A stretch of DNA of 64,000 nucleotides from the NCBI GenBank assembly GCA_965205505.1, contig CBDBHB010000008.1:800001-864000 (forward strand). The letters are read 5' to 3'. Source of the DNA: Acidobacteriota bacterium. GTDB lineage: Bacteria > Acidobacteriota > UBA890 > WLXD01. This document shows positions 50,991-61,045 of this stretch, piece after piece. Position numbers and translations under genes: made by a program. The notes under the pieces were generated by a model. The model searched no databases and was not told the origin of the DNA. It was given only the letters and a program-made list of their open reading frames with translations. The stretch's first letter is position 1. Each line of letters opens with the position of its first letter.

Positions 50991-51781
50991 CGATGCGTGA
51001 TCGCCGTGAGTAAGGACGACCTGGCCCGCATCATGGGCGGCAGCGTCAACCCGCAAACAGCGTTCTTGATGGGGCGCATCAAGATCGCCCGCAACTTCAT
51101 GCTGGCAACGAAGCTCGGCGCTCTTGTCTAACGGCGGGTCTGTTCCACCAAGCAGCGCTCAGCTCGCGGCTTCCGTCTTCTCGTCTTGGATCAGCGAAGC
51201 GATCGACTTCCGACCGAACGCCGACGAGATCGAGTCATCGGACTGCTCGGAGTCTTCGTCATCACGATCAGCCGCGGGCAGCCCGTTCACAGCCTCGTCA
51301 TCGTTATTGCCAGAGAACGGCGTGGGCCTCGCCTCGATGATATCGACCGCCTCAGACTCAACAGCTGCCGGCTTGAACGTCGTGGCAACGAGTTCGGGCG
51401 CGACGGCAACAGACTCGGGCCGTGGTGCTCGCAGCGCCTTTGCCAGCGGCGCCACTCCTTCCGCCCGCTGGCCGTTCTTACGGAACGCATCGAGCTCCTC
51501 GACCGCGGCACGCAAGAACGGCAGTACGATGTCCGCCTCATGCTGGGCGAGAATGGCGGACGCGTGGCGGCTTTCCCAGCCTTCGATGGCCTGCTGGAGT
51601 TGCTCCCTTCCTTCGCTCATTTGTCCGTCCCCTCTGGGCACTGATTGAGTGTCCTATGAGTTATCCGTGGCATCCATAAATAAGTATCGCACTGCTAACG
51701 ATAGCCACAAGACTTAAAAGACATTATTAGTCACTATTCATCATAATTGGGCGCTTCTGAAATCCAACGCAGGCCAAAGAA
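50991..51781. repeat. Diverged ~0.8 kb copy of 62379-63195 (SCP2 3' part, neighbouring gene and AT-rich promoter)
   Basis: Long colinear nucleotide matches, e.g. ccgcaaacagcgttcttgatggggcgcatcaagatc. Confidence 0.95.
51159..51620 (-). CDS. Hypothetical protein (helix, acidic linker, helix); paralogue of 62547
   Basis: MSEGREQLQQAIEGWESR...SAFGRKSIASLI. Confidence 0.75.
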   Translation of the reverse strand: MSEGREQLQQAIEGWESRHASAILAQHEADIVLPFLRAAVEELDAFRKNGQRAEGVAPLAKALRAPRPESVAVAPELVATTFKPAAVESEAVDIIEARPTPFSGNNDDEAVNGLPAADRDDEDSEQSDDSISSAFGRKSIASLIQDEKTEAAS

Positions 51782-52153
51782 ATCGGGGGGCCCTCACACC
51801 TCCCGCGGCGAAACCCCCGCCACCTCAGCAGCCTCCAGCAGAATCGCCAGCTGCTTCTCGTCGATCGCCGTCGGTGTCGTGGCCAGGTTCACCAGCGAGA
51901 GGTCCTGCAGCGTGCGTATGTTGGCGTGCTCAAGAGCCTCTGCAAGCTCCTCAGGCGAACATCCGCTGCGTGAGCGCGTCAGTTTGACGGGCAGGGTAGG
52001 GAAAATGGGGGAACGGGCTTCCCTTGTGCTTTCTGGGAGGACCTCGGAGCGTCTCCGACTTGCCGTCGGTGTAGTAGCGCGTCGACGGCAGCATCTCATC
52101 CGTCGTTGAGTATCTGCCGATCCGCTCCCGGGTCGGAGGCGCTCGGCGGGCAG

Positions 52154-52717
52154 CTATGACACGGTTGCGCAGATGATGTGCAGCGTAAAGGTGATCGTCA
52201 CTGTCGCATCATTGCCGATCAGCATGTGCCACTGGGTGTCGGAGCTAGGTCCGGACGTAACATGAACTTTCTTGTCGTCGGTGCCGATGGCGGGATACGT
52301 GACGCCTCCGCCGAGGGCTTTCTTCCCGGCGCTGCATGCCAGAGTCAACGACCCGGTGCTCTTGTCCGCCAGGACCAAGGCGCTCGTCTTCCGTTCCCAA
52401 CCGGAGACCCCGCCGTCGGCTCCCGCAGCACCCGTGGCACCTGTGGCACCTGTGGCACCCGTAGCTCCTGCCGGGCCCGTAGCTCCTGCGGCTCCCGTGG
52501 CTCCTGCTGGGCCCGTGGCACCCGTGGCACCCGTATCGCCCTGATGGCCCGAAATGGCCGCCAGAAGAGATGGCGGAAGCGCCTGGGAAATCGAACCCAG
52601 CTGGGACGCCTCCCGGCGCGCCCCAGCCCACTTGCAGTCCGCGCAGATCGCAGCGGCCTCTGGCGACACGGTGGACCGTTGGGCGGGTCCGTGAGGCCAG
52701 TCGCCGCCGCGGGCCAC
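52154..52717 (-). CDS. Collagen-like protein (15 Gly-X-Y triplets at 52415-52549); 5' end probably degraded
   Basis: GDTGATGATGPAGAT... followed by a C..GKKALGGG...W...ICA domain. Confidence 0.75.
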   Translation of the reverse strand: MARGGDWPHGPAQRSTVSPEAAAICADCKWAGARREASQLGSISQALPPSLLAAISGHQGDTGATGATGPAGATGAAGATGPAGATGATGATGATGAAGADGGVSGWERKTSALVLADKSTGSLTLACSAGKKALGGGVTYPAIGTDDKKVHVTSGPSSDTQWHMLIGNDATVTITFTLHIICATVS

Positions 52718-52984
52718 GAGCCGGCCAACTCGTAGGCGTCACCCTGGACGATCACGCCGACACCCCAAGAACGGCTGCGGCCAATTTGCGGCCAAGCATA
52801 CGCACCCTACGTGAAACCCACGGTGCGTATAGGGTGCAGAATGAGCACCCGGCGCGAGGCCGTTCCCGCAAGCGCTTCACAGCAGCCCAAAAAACGACTG
52901 ATACCGCTTTGATACCGTTTCGCCCCCCTAAAAGGGGTGTTTTGGTGGGTAAATGACCCCGAAAATAGGCCGGTTTTATTGGGA

Positions 52985-53491
52985 CGGGTGTTCGTTTGGT
53001 TCACCACGCTGGACGACGAGCTCTGCGGTGCGATGGAGCCACGCACGTCACTGCCGGCTCGCCGGCTGGAGGTGGTGCACCGCATCGCCACCACCGGCAT
53101 TCCATGCGGAGTCCTGGTCGCGCCGGTGATTCCCGGCCTCACCGACCACGAGATACCGACGATCCTACAAGCGGCGGCCACAGCCGGGGCCACGCAGGCC
53201 GGCTACACGACTCTGCGACTGCCGGGCGCGGTCGCCGATATTTTCGAAACCTGGCTACGGTCGCGGTCTCCTGCCCGGCAAAGGAAAGTTCTGGCCCGCA
53301 TCCGATCGTTGCGCGGTGGCCGCCGGAGCGATTCGCGCTTCGGTGTGCGGATGCAGGGCCAAGGCGCCTTTGCCGAGCAGATCTCGGCGATATTCTCGAC
53401 CGCTTATCGCCGCGTCGGATTGAACCGGGCACGACAATCCCTCTCGATAGCGTCATTTCGACGCTCTGGCCAGCAGAGGCTGCCCCTATAG
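52985..53491 (+). pseudogene. Radical SAM protein (PA0069/SplB-like), 3' half
   Basis: TTLDDEL..MEPRTS, APVIPGLTDHE, LRLP, FGVRMQGQG. Confidence 0.9.
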
Positions 53492-53674
53492 CAGGGTGCT
53501 GAAGAGCTCTGGCGGGTCTCGGATTCCTGAGTCAGGACACTAAACAATGCACTCAGGGCAGTCGGCGCCGTGCAACCCACACCGGCCGCGATGCACAATG
53601 CAGGTTATTCGAGTCTCCTAGTGGCCTGCTCCCCAGAAAACCCTCAGCCAGCCCATCTTTGGTCGGTGATCTTG

Positions 53675-54754
53675 ATGCCAGCGAACCATCTGCCGCGATT
53701 CTCTTTTCCGCCAATTCTGCTCGCGGTGCTCCTCGCCCTGCTCCTGTTAGCAGACTCGGCTCTCGCGCAAGATTCGGAGCGCGGTTTCGATCTCTTTCAG
53801 TCCGTCGAGTGCGCCGCCTGCCACGGCAGCGCCGCTCAGGGGATGATGGGGCCGGCCCTCGCCGGTACACGCCTTTCACTGTCGGAGGTTCGGCGTCAGG
53901 TACGATCTCCGCGCTCGCGCCGCATGCCGGACTTCAGCGTCGAGGAGCTCTCAGAGGAAGACCTGATCGACATCTTCGCCTACATGAAGGGCCTCGAAGC
54001 GCCGACGCTCGCAGACAAGCGCACGTGGTGGGGTATCGATCTGTTGAACCTGCCGACGCCCGCGCTCCCCGAGAAGAAGACCCTCGAGCTGCACTTCACG
54101 CATCGCTTTTCAGAGTCGTTGACCGACGCAGGCCGCGAGGGACTCTACGGACTCGATAGCTTTGCTTTCCCGGGTTTCTGGTTCTCCTACGGCCTCAGCG
54201 ACCGCGTCGCACCCTACGTGGGTCGAACCGCGAACCTGGCTACCTGGGAGTTCGGCGTCAAGATCAAGCTGCTCGATGAACACGATATCTCGTTGCCCAT
54301 ATCGATCGCTGCCAACATCGGTGGCACATTCCTCGACGCCAACGGCATCCCCAACAACAATCGATTCACGGTCGAGTTGCCGATCGGCGTACGTGCCGGC
54401 GAACGGCTAGCGTTCCAGTTCGTTCCTATCTACACCACCGACCCCGATGAACAGGACTTCCCGGACAGCGATAGTCATGCGCTCGCGCTGGGGTTCGGCG
54501 GTAGCCTGCGCCTTTCGACTACCTATAGTCTCGACGCCGAGTACATTGCCAACATCGGAGGCTTCGAGCAATTCGATGCCCTCAACCAGTGGCAGGCCGG
54601 GGTGACCATCCACGTTCGACGCCACCTATTCTCGCTGATGCTGTCGAACAGCATATTGACCACCCCCGATTTCATGGCCGCTGGCTCATTCAGGACCGGA
54701 ATCAAGAGTAACGTTCGCTTTGGCTTCAACCTGGTGAGGGCCTTCTCGTTCTAG
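53675..54754 (+). CDS. Cytochrome c fused to DUF5777-like outer-membrane beta-barrel
   Basis: Signal peptide, CAACH...MP, then HFTHRF, LYGLDS, alternating beta-strands and terminal FSF. Confidence 0.8.
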   Translation: MPANHLPRFSFPPILLAVLLALLLLADSALAQDSERGFDLFQSVECAACHGSAAQGMMGPALAGTRLSLSEVRRQVRSPRSRRMPDFSVEELSEEDLIDIFAYMKGLEAPTLADKRTWWGIDLLNLPTPALPEKKTLELHFTHRFSESLTDAGREGLYGLDSFAFPGFWFSYGLSDRVAPYVGRTANLATWEFGVKIKLLDEHDISLPISIAANIGGTFLDANGIPNNNRFTVELPIGVRAGERLAFQFVPIYTTDPDEQDFPDSDSHALALGFGGSLRLSTTYSLDAEYIANIGGFEQFDALNQWQAGVTIHVRRHLFSLMLSNSILTTPDFMAAGSFRTGIKSNVRFGFNLVRAFSF

Positions 54755-54914
54755 AGTCGTCGACGATGGGCACCGCATCGCCATCCTCGTCGCGCCTTGA
54801 GCTTTGCCCCCATCTCGACCCAGCAATATGCAACGAACCTCTGTTACTGGACACTAGCTCGGCCAGGGAGCTCCACTGCCGCGACGCCAGCGCAAACGAG
54901 CAGGTACGCCCCCG

Positions 54915-56312
54915 ATGACGATGTCGATCTCGCGCCGAGCACCAGCCGCCGCGGTAGCCGTTGCCGTCGCGCTTACACTGCCCCTGGCGGTCTCCGGATC
55001 GCCACAGAACGAAGAGTTCTTTGAGAGCAGCTTCGACGGAGCATGGGTTGGCAGTATCAAGGTCGGCAACGAGCGCGTGCTCGTACAGCTGAACCTCAAC
55101 GTCGGCAGCAGCGCCGTAGGATTCGCCGTCATACAGAACAACCTCGGCTCGACGCCGAACGGGGTCGACGTGCTGGCTGCCGATTTCACCAAGGTGAGCA
55201 ACAAAAGCATCGTGTTCCGCGCCGACGATGCCGCACCGCTGCGCCGGCGCCGCGACACGACGACGTTCAAGCTCAGCCCCAAATCCGGAACACTGAAGGG
55301 CAAGGCGTCCGGCAAGGTGAAGGGCGCCGTCGTGCTCGTGCCCGTGAGCCCCGATCTTCCTCTCCAGAAGCTATGGGCAGGCTCGGTAAGAGTGGACGGC
55401 AAGATGCTCTTCATGCTGCTCCAGCTCACCGACAATGGCGACGGCACGGTGGGTGGACATGCGGTGGTCGACGGCGAGTCGGGCACCGTCGTTGCCACGG
55501 CCGACCGTCCCGGTGGTCGTCGCGCCGGCGTCAGCGGCACGATCAAACTGAACTCTGGCGACCTCGATATCGATCTATCGTTGCAGAAGGGCAACAACCA
55601 GCTGGGCGGCAAGATCATCGCCGGCGGCAAGAACATCAAGGCCAAGCTGAAGCCTGCGGGCAGCAAGGGTAAGCCAATGAAAGTTACGGGCACGCAGCGT
55701 GCCGCGCTTCGCGACCTAGCCGCCGGGCAAGCGAACACGATCACGGTGCGCGGCAAGAACTTCGTGGCGGGAGCCAACGTCCACGTCGATAACGGAGCAT
55801 TCTCGGTTGACAGTGTCGAGTTCAAATCGTCCAAGCAGCTCGAGGTCGTGATCACACCGGCCGCCTCGGTAGCCAACGGAACCTCAGCGGGCGTGCTCGT
55901 GGTCAACGCCGACGGCCAAACTGGAGAGCGCGCCAACGCGCTGACGGTTACGAGCGACGACGGGGGAGGTGGCGCCACCGTGAGCTTTGCTGCCGACATT
56001 CAACCGATCTTCGACCAGAACTGCGCCCTCGCTGGCTGCCACTCCGCCGCTAGCGCTAGCGCCGGGCTGGTGCTCGCTGCCGGGTCGGCGTTCGATAACC
56101 TCGTCGGCGCGCCAAGCAGCCAACAGCCGGCGACAAGTCGGGTGGCGAGCGGCGACCCCGACAACAGCTACCTCGTACGCAAGATCGAGGGCGCCGCCGG
56201 AATCAGCGGCGGCCGAATGCCACAGAACCGGCCTCCGTTATCGGCGGCGCAGATCGCCAGCATCCGCACTTGGATCACCGAGGGTGCTCAAAACAACCGG
56301 CGACCGCAGTAG
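54915..56312 (+). CDS. Secreted multidomain protein with Ig-like domain and C-terminal planctomycete-type cytochrome c
   Basis: SFAADIQPIFDQNCALAGCH, GDPDNSYL, RMP, IRTWITEGA. Confidence 0.8.
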   Translation: MTMSISRRAPAAAVAVAVALTLPLAVSGSPQNEEFFESSFDGAWVGSIKVGNERVLVQLNLNVGSSAVGFAVIQNNLGSTPNGVDVLAADFTKVSNKSIVFRADDAAPLRRRRDTTTFKLSPKSGTLKGKASGKVKGAVVLVPVSPDLPLQKLWAGSVRVDGKMLFMLLQLTDNGDGTVGGHAVVDGESGTVVATADRPGGRRAGVSGTIKLNSGDLDIDLSLQKGNNQLGGKIIAGGKNIKAKLKPAGSKGKPMKVTGTQRAALRDLAAGQANTITVRGKNFVAGANVHVDNGAFSVDSVEFKSSKQLEVVITPAASVANGTSAGVLVVNADGQTGERANALTVTSDDGGGGATVSFAADIQPIFDQNCALAGCHSAASASAGLVLAAGSAFDNLVGAPSSQQPATSRVASGDPDNSYLVRKIEGAAGISGGRMPQNRPPLSAAQIASIRTWITEGAQNNRRPQ

Positions 56313-56366
56313 CGACTCGAGGCCATCGAGTACGGCGCCCGAGACCTGCCCCAGCCGGCCGTGGTG

Positions 56367-57140
56367 CTAGCGGGCGCAGGTTTGGTGCCGGCCTCCGTCG
56401 ACGCAAATCGTCTCGCCGGTGATCCAATCGGAGGCATCCGACGCCAAGAACAACACCGCCTCCGCGATGTCGCGTGGTTGCCCGACGCGTCCCAGCGGAT
56501 GCGTGGTTTTCGAGTGCTCCAGGAAGGCCTCGTACGCCTCGGCCTCCATGCCGCCGCGCCGATGCAACTGGGTAACGACGACGCCGGGGTTCACAGCGTT
56601 GACGCGCACGCCATCGGGCGCGAGCTCGAGTGCTGCGCACCGCGTCAACTGATCTACGGCCGCCTTGCTGACGTTGTAGGCGAGTACGCCCGGGAAGGCA
56701 CGCTGCCCGTTTACCGACGAGATGTTTACGATGCGCCCGCGCGAGGCACGTAGATGCGGTACCGCGGCACGCATGAGCCGAAATATCGCATCGACGTTGG
56801 TAGCCATCATCGCCGACCAGTCGTCGTCAGACGTACTCTCGAGGGTCCCGGACTTGATGATGCCGGCAGCGTTGACCACGACGTCCAGCTGCCCGTACGC
56901 ATCGATCGCTGCCGCAACGATCTCGTCGGCGGCAGCCTTGGAGGTGAGATCGTGGATTGTCAGCGTTGCAGTTTGAGTGCCAATGCTGGTCGCGACCTCG
57001 CGCAGGGCGCCCTCGCTGCGGCCAACCAGGACGAGCCGTGCCCCTTCAGCGGCGAACAGCTCGGCGGTCATCTGCCCGATACCGCTCGACGCGCCGGTCA
57101 CCACCGCTACCTGATCTCGTAGTCGTGCCATATCGGTCAC
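56367..57140 (-). CDS. SDR family oxidoreductase
   Basis: TGASSGIG, YNVSK, VNAVNPG. Confidence 0.93.
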   Translation of the reverse strand: MTDMARLRDQVAVVTGASSGIGQMTAELFAAEGARLVLVGRSEGALREVATSIGTQTATLTIHDLTSKAAADEIVAAAIDAYGQLDVVVNAAGIIKSGTLESTSDDDWSAMMATNVDAIFRLMRAAVPHLRASRGRIVNISSVNGQRAFPGVLAYNVSKAAVDQLTRCAALELAPDGVRVNAVNPGVVVTQLHRRGGMEAEAYEAFLEHSKTTHPLGRVGQPRDIAEAVLFLASDASDWITGETICVDGGRHQTCAR

Positions 57141-58018
57141 CGCGCTGGGTTGAGGGCAGCGCGTTTCATGATGCGTTTCTCACCACGCGTGAGAGCGAAG
57201 TCGAAACCGAGCAGCGCGCCGTCCCATGCGCCGTACTGGGGGTTCGGCAGAACGATCCACCGGCTGCCCCAGTACTCGGCATGCCGCCGTACCATTTCCT
57301 TGCGCTGCGACGCAGCATCTTCGTCGCCCGAAACGAAGTCTCCGAGGGCATCGCCGATGAGCAACAGGATGCGATAGTCGCGCGCTACTTCCTGACGCCT
57401 CGTCCCCTTGTCCGATCCCCAGTCGCCACGCTCGTCGCGCGTGAGAACCGTGTCGACCTGCGGATCGAGGGGGAAGCCGTGGCGCGTGAGGTTGTTGCGC
57501 GTCGCGCCCTCCACCTGGTGGCGCCGGTTGGTGACGTAGAACACTCGTACGCCGCGCTCAGCCGCGGCGCGAGTGAATTCCAACGCGCCGGGAACCACCC
57601 CCGCCTTCTCCTCACGGACCCACTCCTGCCAGCCGGGCGTGGCGAAGTCGCGATCGTCCAGTAGCTGGCGGACCTGATTGGGAGAGTTGTCGAGCACCGT
57701 CTCGTCGACATCGAGTATCACCGCGGGCGGCAGTGCCTCGTAGCCTCCTGTGACCACCTGCTCGAGCGAGGCAGTCCACGAAGTATCCTCGAGGGCGCCG
57801 CCGAGCATCAGCGACGCGATGGCGTATGCCTGGCGTGTCGTCGCCTCGTACTCACCCGCGGTCTGCACCCAGGCCACGGCGTTGAGATTTTCCTCCGCGT
57901 AGCTGAACGGCGAGCTCGACTGTGCAGCCGGATCCGTGGCACGAGTCACTATGAGTCCCAGCGCTGTACCGATCATCACCAGGAGCACCGCGATCAGCGC
58001 GGGAACAATGCGGTTCAT
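57137..58018 (-). CDS. Class C acid phosphatase / e(P4)-type 5'-nucleotidase
   Basis: DVDETVLDNS, YVTNR, IGDALGDF, LPNPQYG. Confidence 0.9.
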   Translation of the reverse strand: MNRIVPALIAVLLVMIGTALGLIVTRATDPAAQSSSPFSYAEENLNAVAWVQTAGEYEATTRQAYAIASLMLGGALEDTSWTASLEQVVTGGYEALPPAVILDVDETVLDNSPNQVRQLLDDRDFATPGWQEWVREEKAGVVPGALEFTRAAAERGVRVFYVTNRRHQVEGATRNNLTRHGFPLDPQVDTVLTRDERGDWGSDKGTRRQEVARDYRILLLIGDALGDFVSGDEDAASQRKEMVRRHAEYWGSRWIVLPNPQYGAWDGALLGFDFALTRGEKRIMKRAALNPAR

Positions 58019-58192
58019 CTCTGTCTCCTGCTGTCCGCGGCCGCTCCTCACCTGCGGGTGGGGATCGTCGGCGGGCCGGTGTGCGGGGGCCCAGCTGGTT
58101 CACTCGTGGGCGTCCCAGGTGCCACAATCAGGGTCGCCTGACCTCGGCTCGGCATCTTCGTCAGCCGCCGTGTCCCAGCATAAAGGAACCTC

Positions 58193-59533
58193 ATGCGGAT
58201 CGTGATCACCGGCGACGGTGAGATCGCTTATCAGCTGGCCCAGGCGCTGCACCAGCAGCACGACGTCGTGATCATCGAGAACGACCCGCGAGAGACGGAT
58301 CGATTCGGCTCGCTCGACGTCCAGCTTCTACGCGGCGACGCAACACACCCGGAAGTTCTACGAGAGGCCGGCGTGACCTCGAGGGACAGCTTTATCTCCT
58401 GTCGTGCATCCGACGAGCTCAACATCATCGCCTGCCTGACAGCCAAGCGCATCGGCTGCGCGCACACGACCTGCTTTGTGTCGAAAGAGGACTACGTGCG
58501 GTCGTTCGCCGGTATCCCCGAGGGCGACGACGCGTTGGCCATCGATCGGATCATCTGGCCGCAGTACATGCTCGCGGAGGAGATCACGCGCATCGTGCTG
58601 GTGCCGCGAGCCATCGATGTGGAGATCTTCGCCGGCGGCCGCATCTGGCTCATGGAGTTCAAGCTGCGCGAGGACTCACCACTGATCGGGCCGTTGCTAC
58701 ATCTCGAGCTACCGCTCGGCGTTCTCGCCGTCGCAGTACGCAAGGGCGAGGAGCTGTCTATCCCCTCCGGTAAGACTCAGCTCGAGGCCGGTGACCGGGT
58801 AGCGTTCATGGGGAACCGCGGCGGCCTGCGCCAGCTGCAGGAGCGTTTCATACGCGGGTCGGCGGGTGCGCCCGAACCACGCGATCGTGCCGTCGTGATC
58901 GTCGGCGGAGGTACCGTCGGCCTCACGCTGGCAAAGCGCTTGGAGAGGGAGAAAGACATCCGCCTCAAGATCGTCGAACGCGATCGGGCGCGCTGCCAAC
59001 ACCTCGCGGCTGAGCTACCGCGAGCGCTGGTGCTACGGGGCGATGGCACCGACCTGGCGCTGCTCGAGGCAGAACAGGTCGACCAAGCAAGCGTGCTGGT
59101 ATCGGTCACCAGCAACGACCAAAGCAATCTGCTGTGCTCATTGCTGGCCAGCCAGATGCAGGTGCCGAAGATCATCACGCGGGTCAACCGCAAGCGGAAC
59201 ATCCGGCTCTTCGAGCGCGTCGGCATCGACGTGCCTCTCAACCCGATGGTTACGGCGATCAACGTCGTGCTGAACTCCCTCCAAGAGACCGGCGTGCAGC
59301 TGCTCGCTAGCGTCGAGGGCGGCCAGGCGGCCGTGATCGAGATGAACGTATCCGATGACTTCGAGCGTACACGGGTTCGCGAGCTGCCTCGGGTCGATGG
59401 CACGATTATCGTGGCGGTCACCCGAGCCGATCGCACCATGGTTCCGCACGGCGACGACATGATCGAGCCGGGCGATCGGCTGCTCGTCTTCTCCACGGAG
59501 ACGGCGCGCGAAAAGCTTCGCAAGCTTTTCTGA
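58193..59533 (+). CDS. trkA: Trk potassium uptake regulatory subunit
   Basis: Two RCK_N/RCK_C pairs; GGGTVG. Confidence 0.92.
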   Translation: MRIVITGDGEIAYQLAQALHQQHDVVIIENDPRETDRFGSLDVQLLRGDATHPEVLREAGVTSRDSFISCRASDELNIIACLTAKRIGCAHTTCFVSKEDYVRSFAGIPEGDDALAIDRIIWPQYMLAEEITRIVLVPRAIDVEIFAGGRIWLMEFKLREDSPLIGPLLHLELPLGVLAVAVRKGEELSIPSGKTQLEAGDRVAFMGNRGGLRQLQERFIRGSAGAPEPRDRAVVIVGGGTVGLTLAKRLEREKDIRLKIVERDRARCQHLAAELPRALVLRGDGTDLALLEAEQVDQASVLVSVTSNDQSNLLCSLLASQMQVPKIITRVNRKRNIRLFERVGIDVPLNPMVTAINVVLNSLQETGVQLLASVEGGQAAVIEMNVSDDFERTRVRELPRVDGTIIVAVTRADRTMVPHGDDMIEPGDRLLVFSTETAREKLRKLF

Positions 59534-59536
59534 TCG

Positions 59537-61045
59537 ATGCGACTCCGACTCGTCGCTCACGTCGACGGCCTGTTGCTCCGGGCCTTCGGCGTTTTCCTGT
59601 TGGTGCCCATGGTGGTCGATTGGGGCTATGGCAACTGGGCCTCTTCGATCGGGTTCCTGATCGCCGCAGTCAGCGCCGCGGTGTTCGGCGAGCTGGCCAA
59701 ACGGATGTCGCCCAGGGGCGAAGACCTGCACCGGGTCGAGGGAATCATGGTGGTGGCATCAGCATGGTTGGTGGTGTCGTTCTTCAGCGCCATACCCTAT
59801 CTGTGGAACGGCTTGAGCGTGATCGACTCGCTGTTCGAATCGATGTCGGGGCTGACCACCACAGGTGCCACCATCTTCACCGACTTCTCGCGCTACGGTG
59901 AAGGCCTGTACCTGTGGCGCAGCATGACCCAGTGGTTCGGTGGAATGGGGGTCATCGCGTTGTTCATCGCGGTGCTTCCGCGATTGGCGATCGCCGGTCG
60001 GCAAATGTTCTTCGCCGAGGCCCCCGGCCCACAGGAGGAGCGTCTGACACCTCGTATTCGCCACACGGCGATCGCGCTGTGGTCGCTTTATATCGGCCTG
60101 ACAATCGTCCAGGTGATCGCCTTGCTCGCAGTGGGGATGCCGGTATTCGATGCGATCTGTAACTCGCTCACCACCGTCGCCGCTGGCGGCTTCTCACCCC
60201 ATCCGCAGAGCATCGGTGGCTACGCCAACCCGGCGGCAGAGTGGGTCTTCGTGTTCTTCATCTTCCTGGCCGGTGCCAATTACTCGCTGCAGTACCGTGC
60301 CATTCGGGGTCGGCCGCTCGGTTTGTTCCGCGATGAGGAGTTTCGCGTGTACACGCTACTGATCCTCGTCGCGACGTTGCTGCTGACCTACGTGTTACTA
60401 CCGTTCAACGGCGACCCGAGTCCGGAGTACCTCACTGCCAGCACCAGCCTCGGCGTCCTCACGGAGGCACCGCCGCTCACCGTGGTGAGACAGGCGGCCT
60501 TTCAGGTGGTGACGATCGTCACGACAGCCGGGTTCGCCACCGACGACTTCAACCTGTGGAATGACCAGGCGCGCGTGGTGTTGCTGATCCTGATGTTTGT
60601 TGGCGGCTCGGCTGGCTCCGCTGCGGGCGGCCCCAAAGTCGTACGTATATTGCTGATCTTCAAGTATGCTGCCGCCGAGTTGGTTCGAGTGTTGCACCCG
60701 CAGGCGGTCAATCCAGTGCGCTTCAACCGCCGTGTCGTGCCCACGAAGGTGCTCGGCGCGATCGTCACCGTTCTGCTGCTCTACATCCTGGTGTTCATCA
60801 TCAGCGTGCTACTGGTGACGGTGTTCGGCGCCGATCTCCTCACCGCAATCACCGCCTCGATCGCCACGCTCGGCAATATCGGCCCGGGCTTCTCGACGGT
60901 CGGGCCGATGAGCAACTACGCCGCCTTTGCTACGCCCACCAAGGTGGTTCTGTTCCTGAACATGTGGATCGGGCGTCTCGAGGTCATCACTGTACTGGTG
61001 CTGCTGCAGCCAGCGGTCTGGCGGCGCCTACGCTCGGCGAGCTAG
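59537..61045 (+). CDS. trkH: Trk potassium uptake membrane subunit
   Basis: FESMSGLTTTG, GSAAGGPK, GNIGPG, GRLE. Confidence 0.93.
   Translation: MRLRLVAHVDGLLLRAFGVFLLVPMVVDWGYGNWASSIGFLIAAVSAAVFGELAKRMSPRGEDLHRVEGIMVVASAWLVVSFFSAIPYLWNGLSVIDSLFESMSGLTTTGATIFTDFSRYGEGLYLWRSMTQWFGGMGVIALFIAVLPRLAIAGRQMFFAEAPGPQEERLTPRIRHTAIALWSLYIGLTIVQVIALLAVGMPVFDAICNSLTTVAAGGFSPHPQSIGGYANPAAEWVFVFFIFLAGANYSLQYRAIRGRPLGLFRDEEFRVYTLLILVATLLLTYVLLPFNGDPSPEYLTASTSLGVLTEAPPLTVVRQAAFQVVTIVTTAGFATDDFNLWNDQARVVLLILMFVGGSAGSAAGGPKVVRILLIFKYAAAELVRVLHPQAVNPVRFNRRVVPTKVLGAIVTVLLLYILVFIISVLLVTVFGADLLTAITASIATLGNIGPGFSTVGPMSNYAAFATPTKVVLFLNMWIGRLEVITVLVLLQPAVWRRLRSAS

Noticed and set aside
51794-52099. ORF as a recognisable phage regulator
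   Set aside because: No motif I can support; probably a gene fragment
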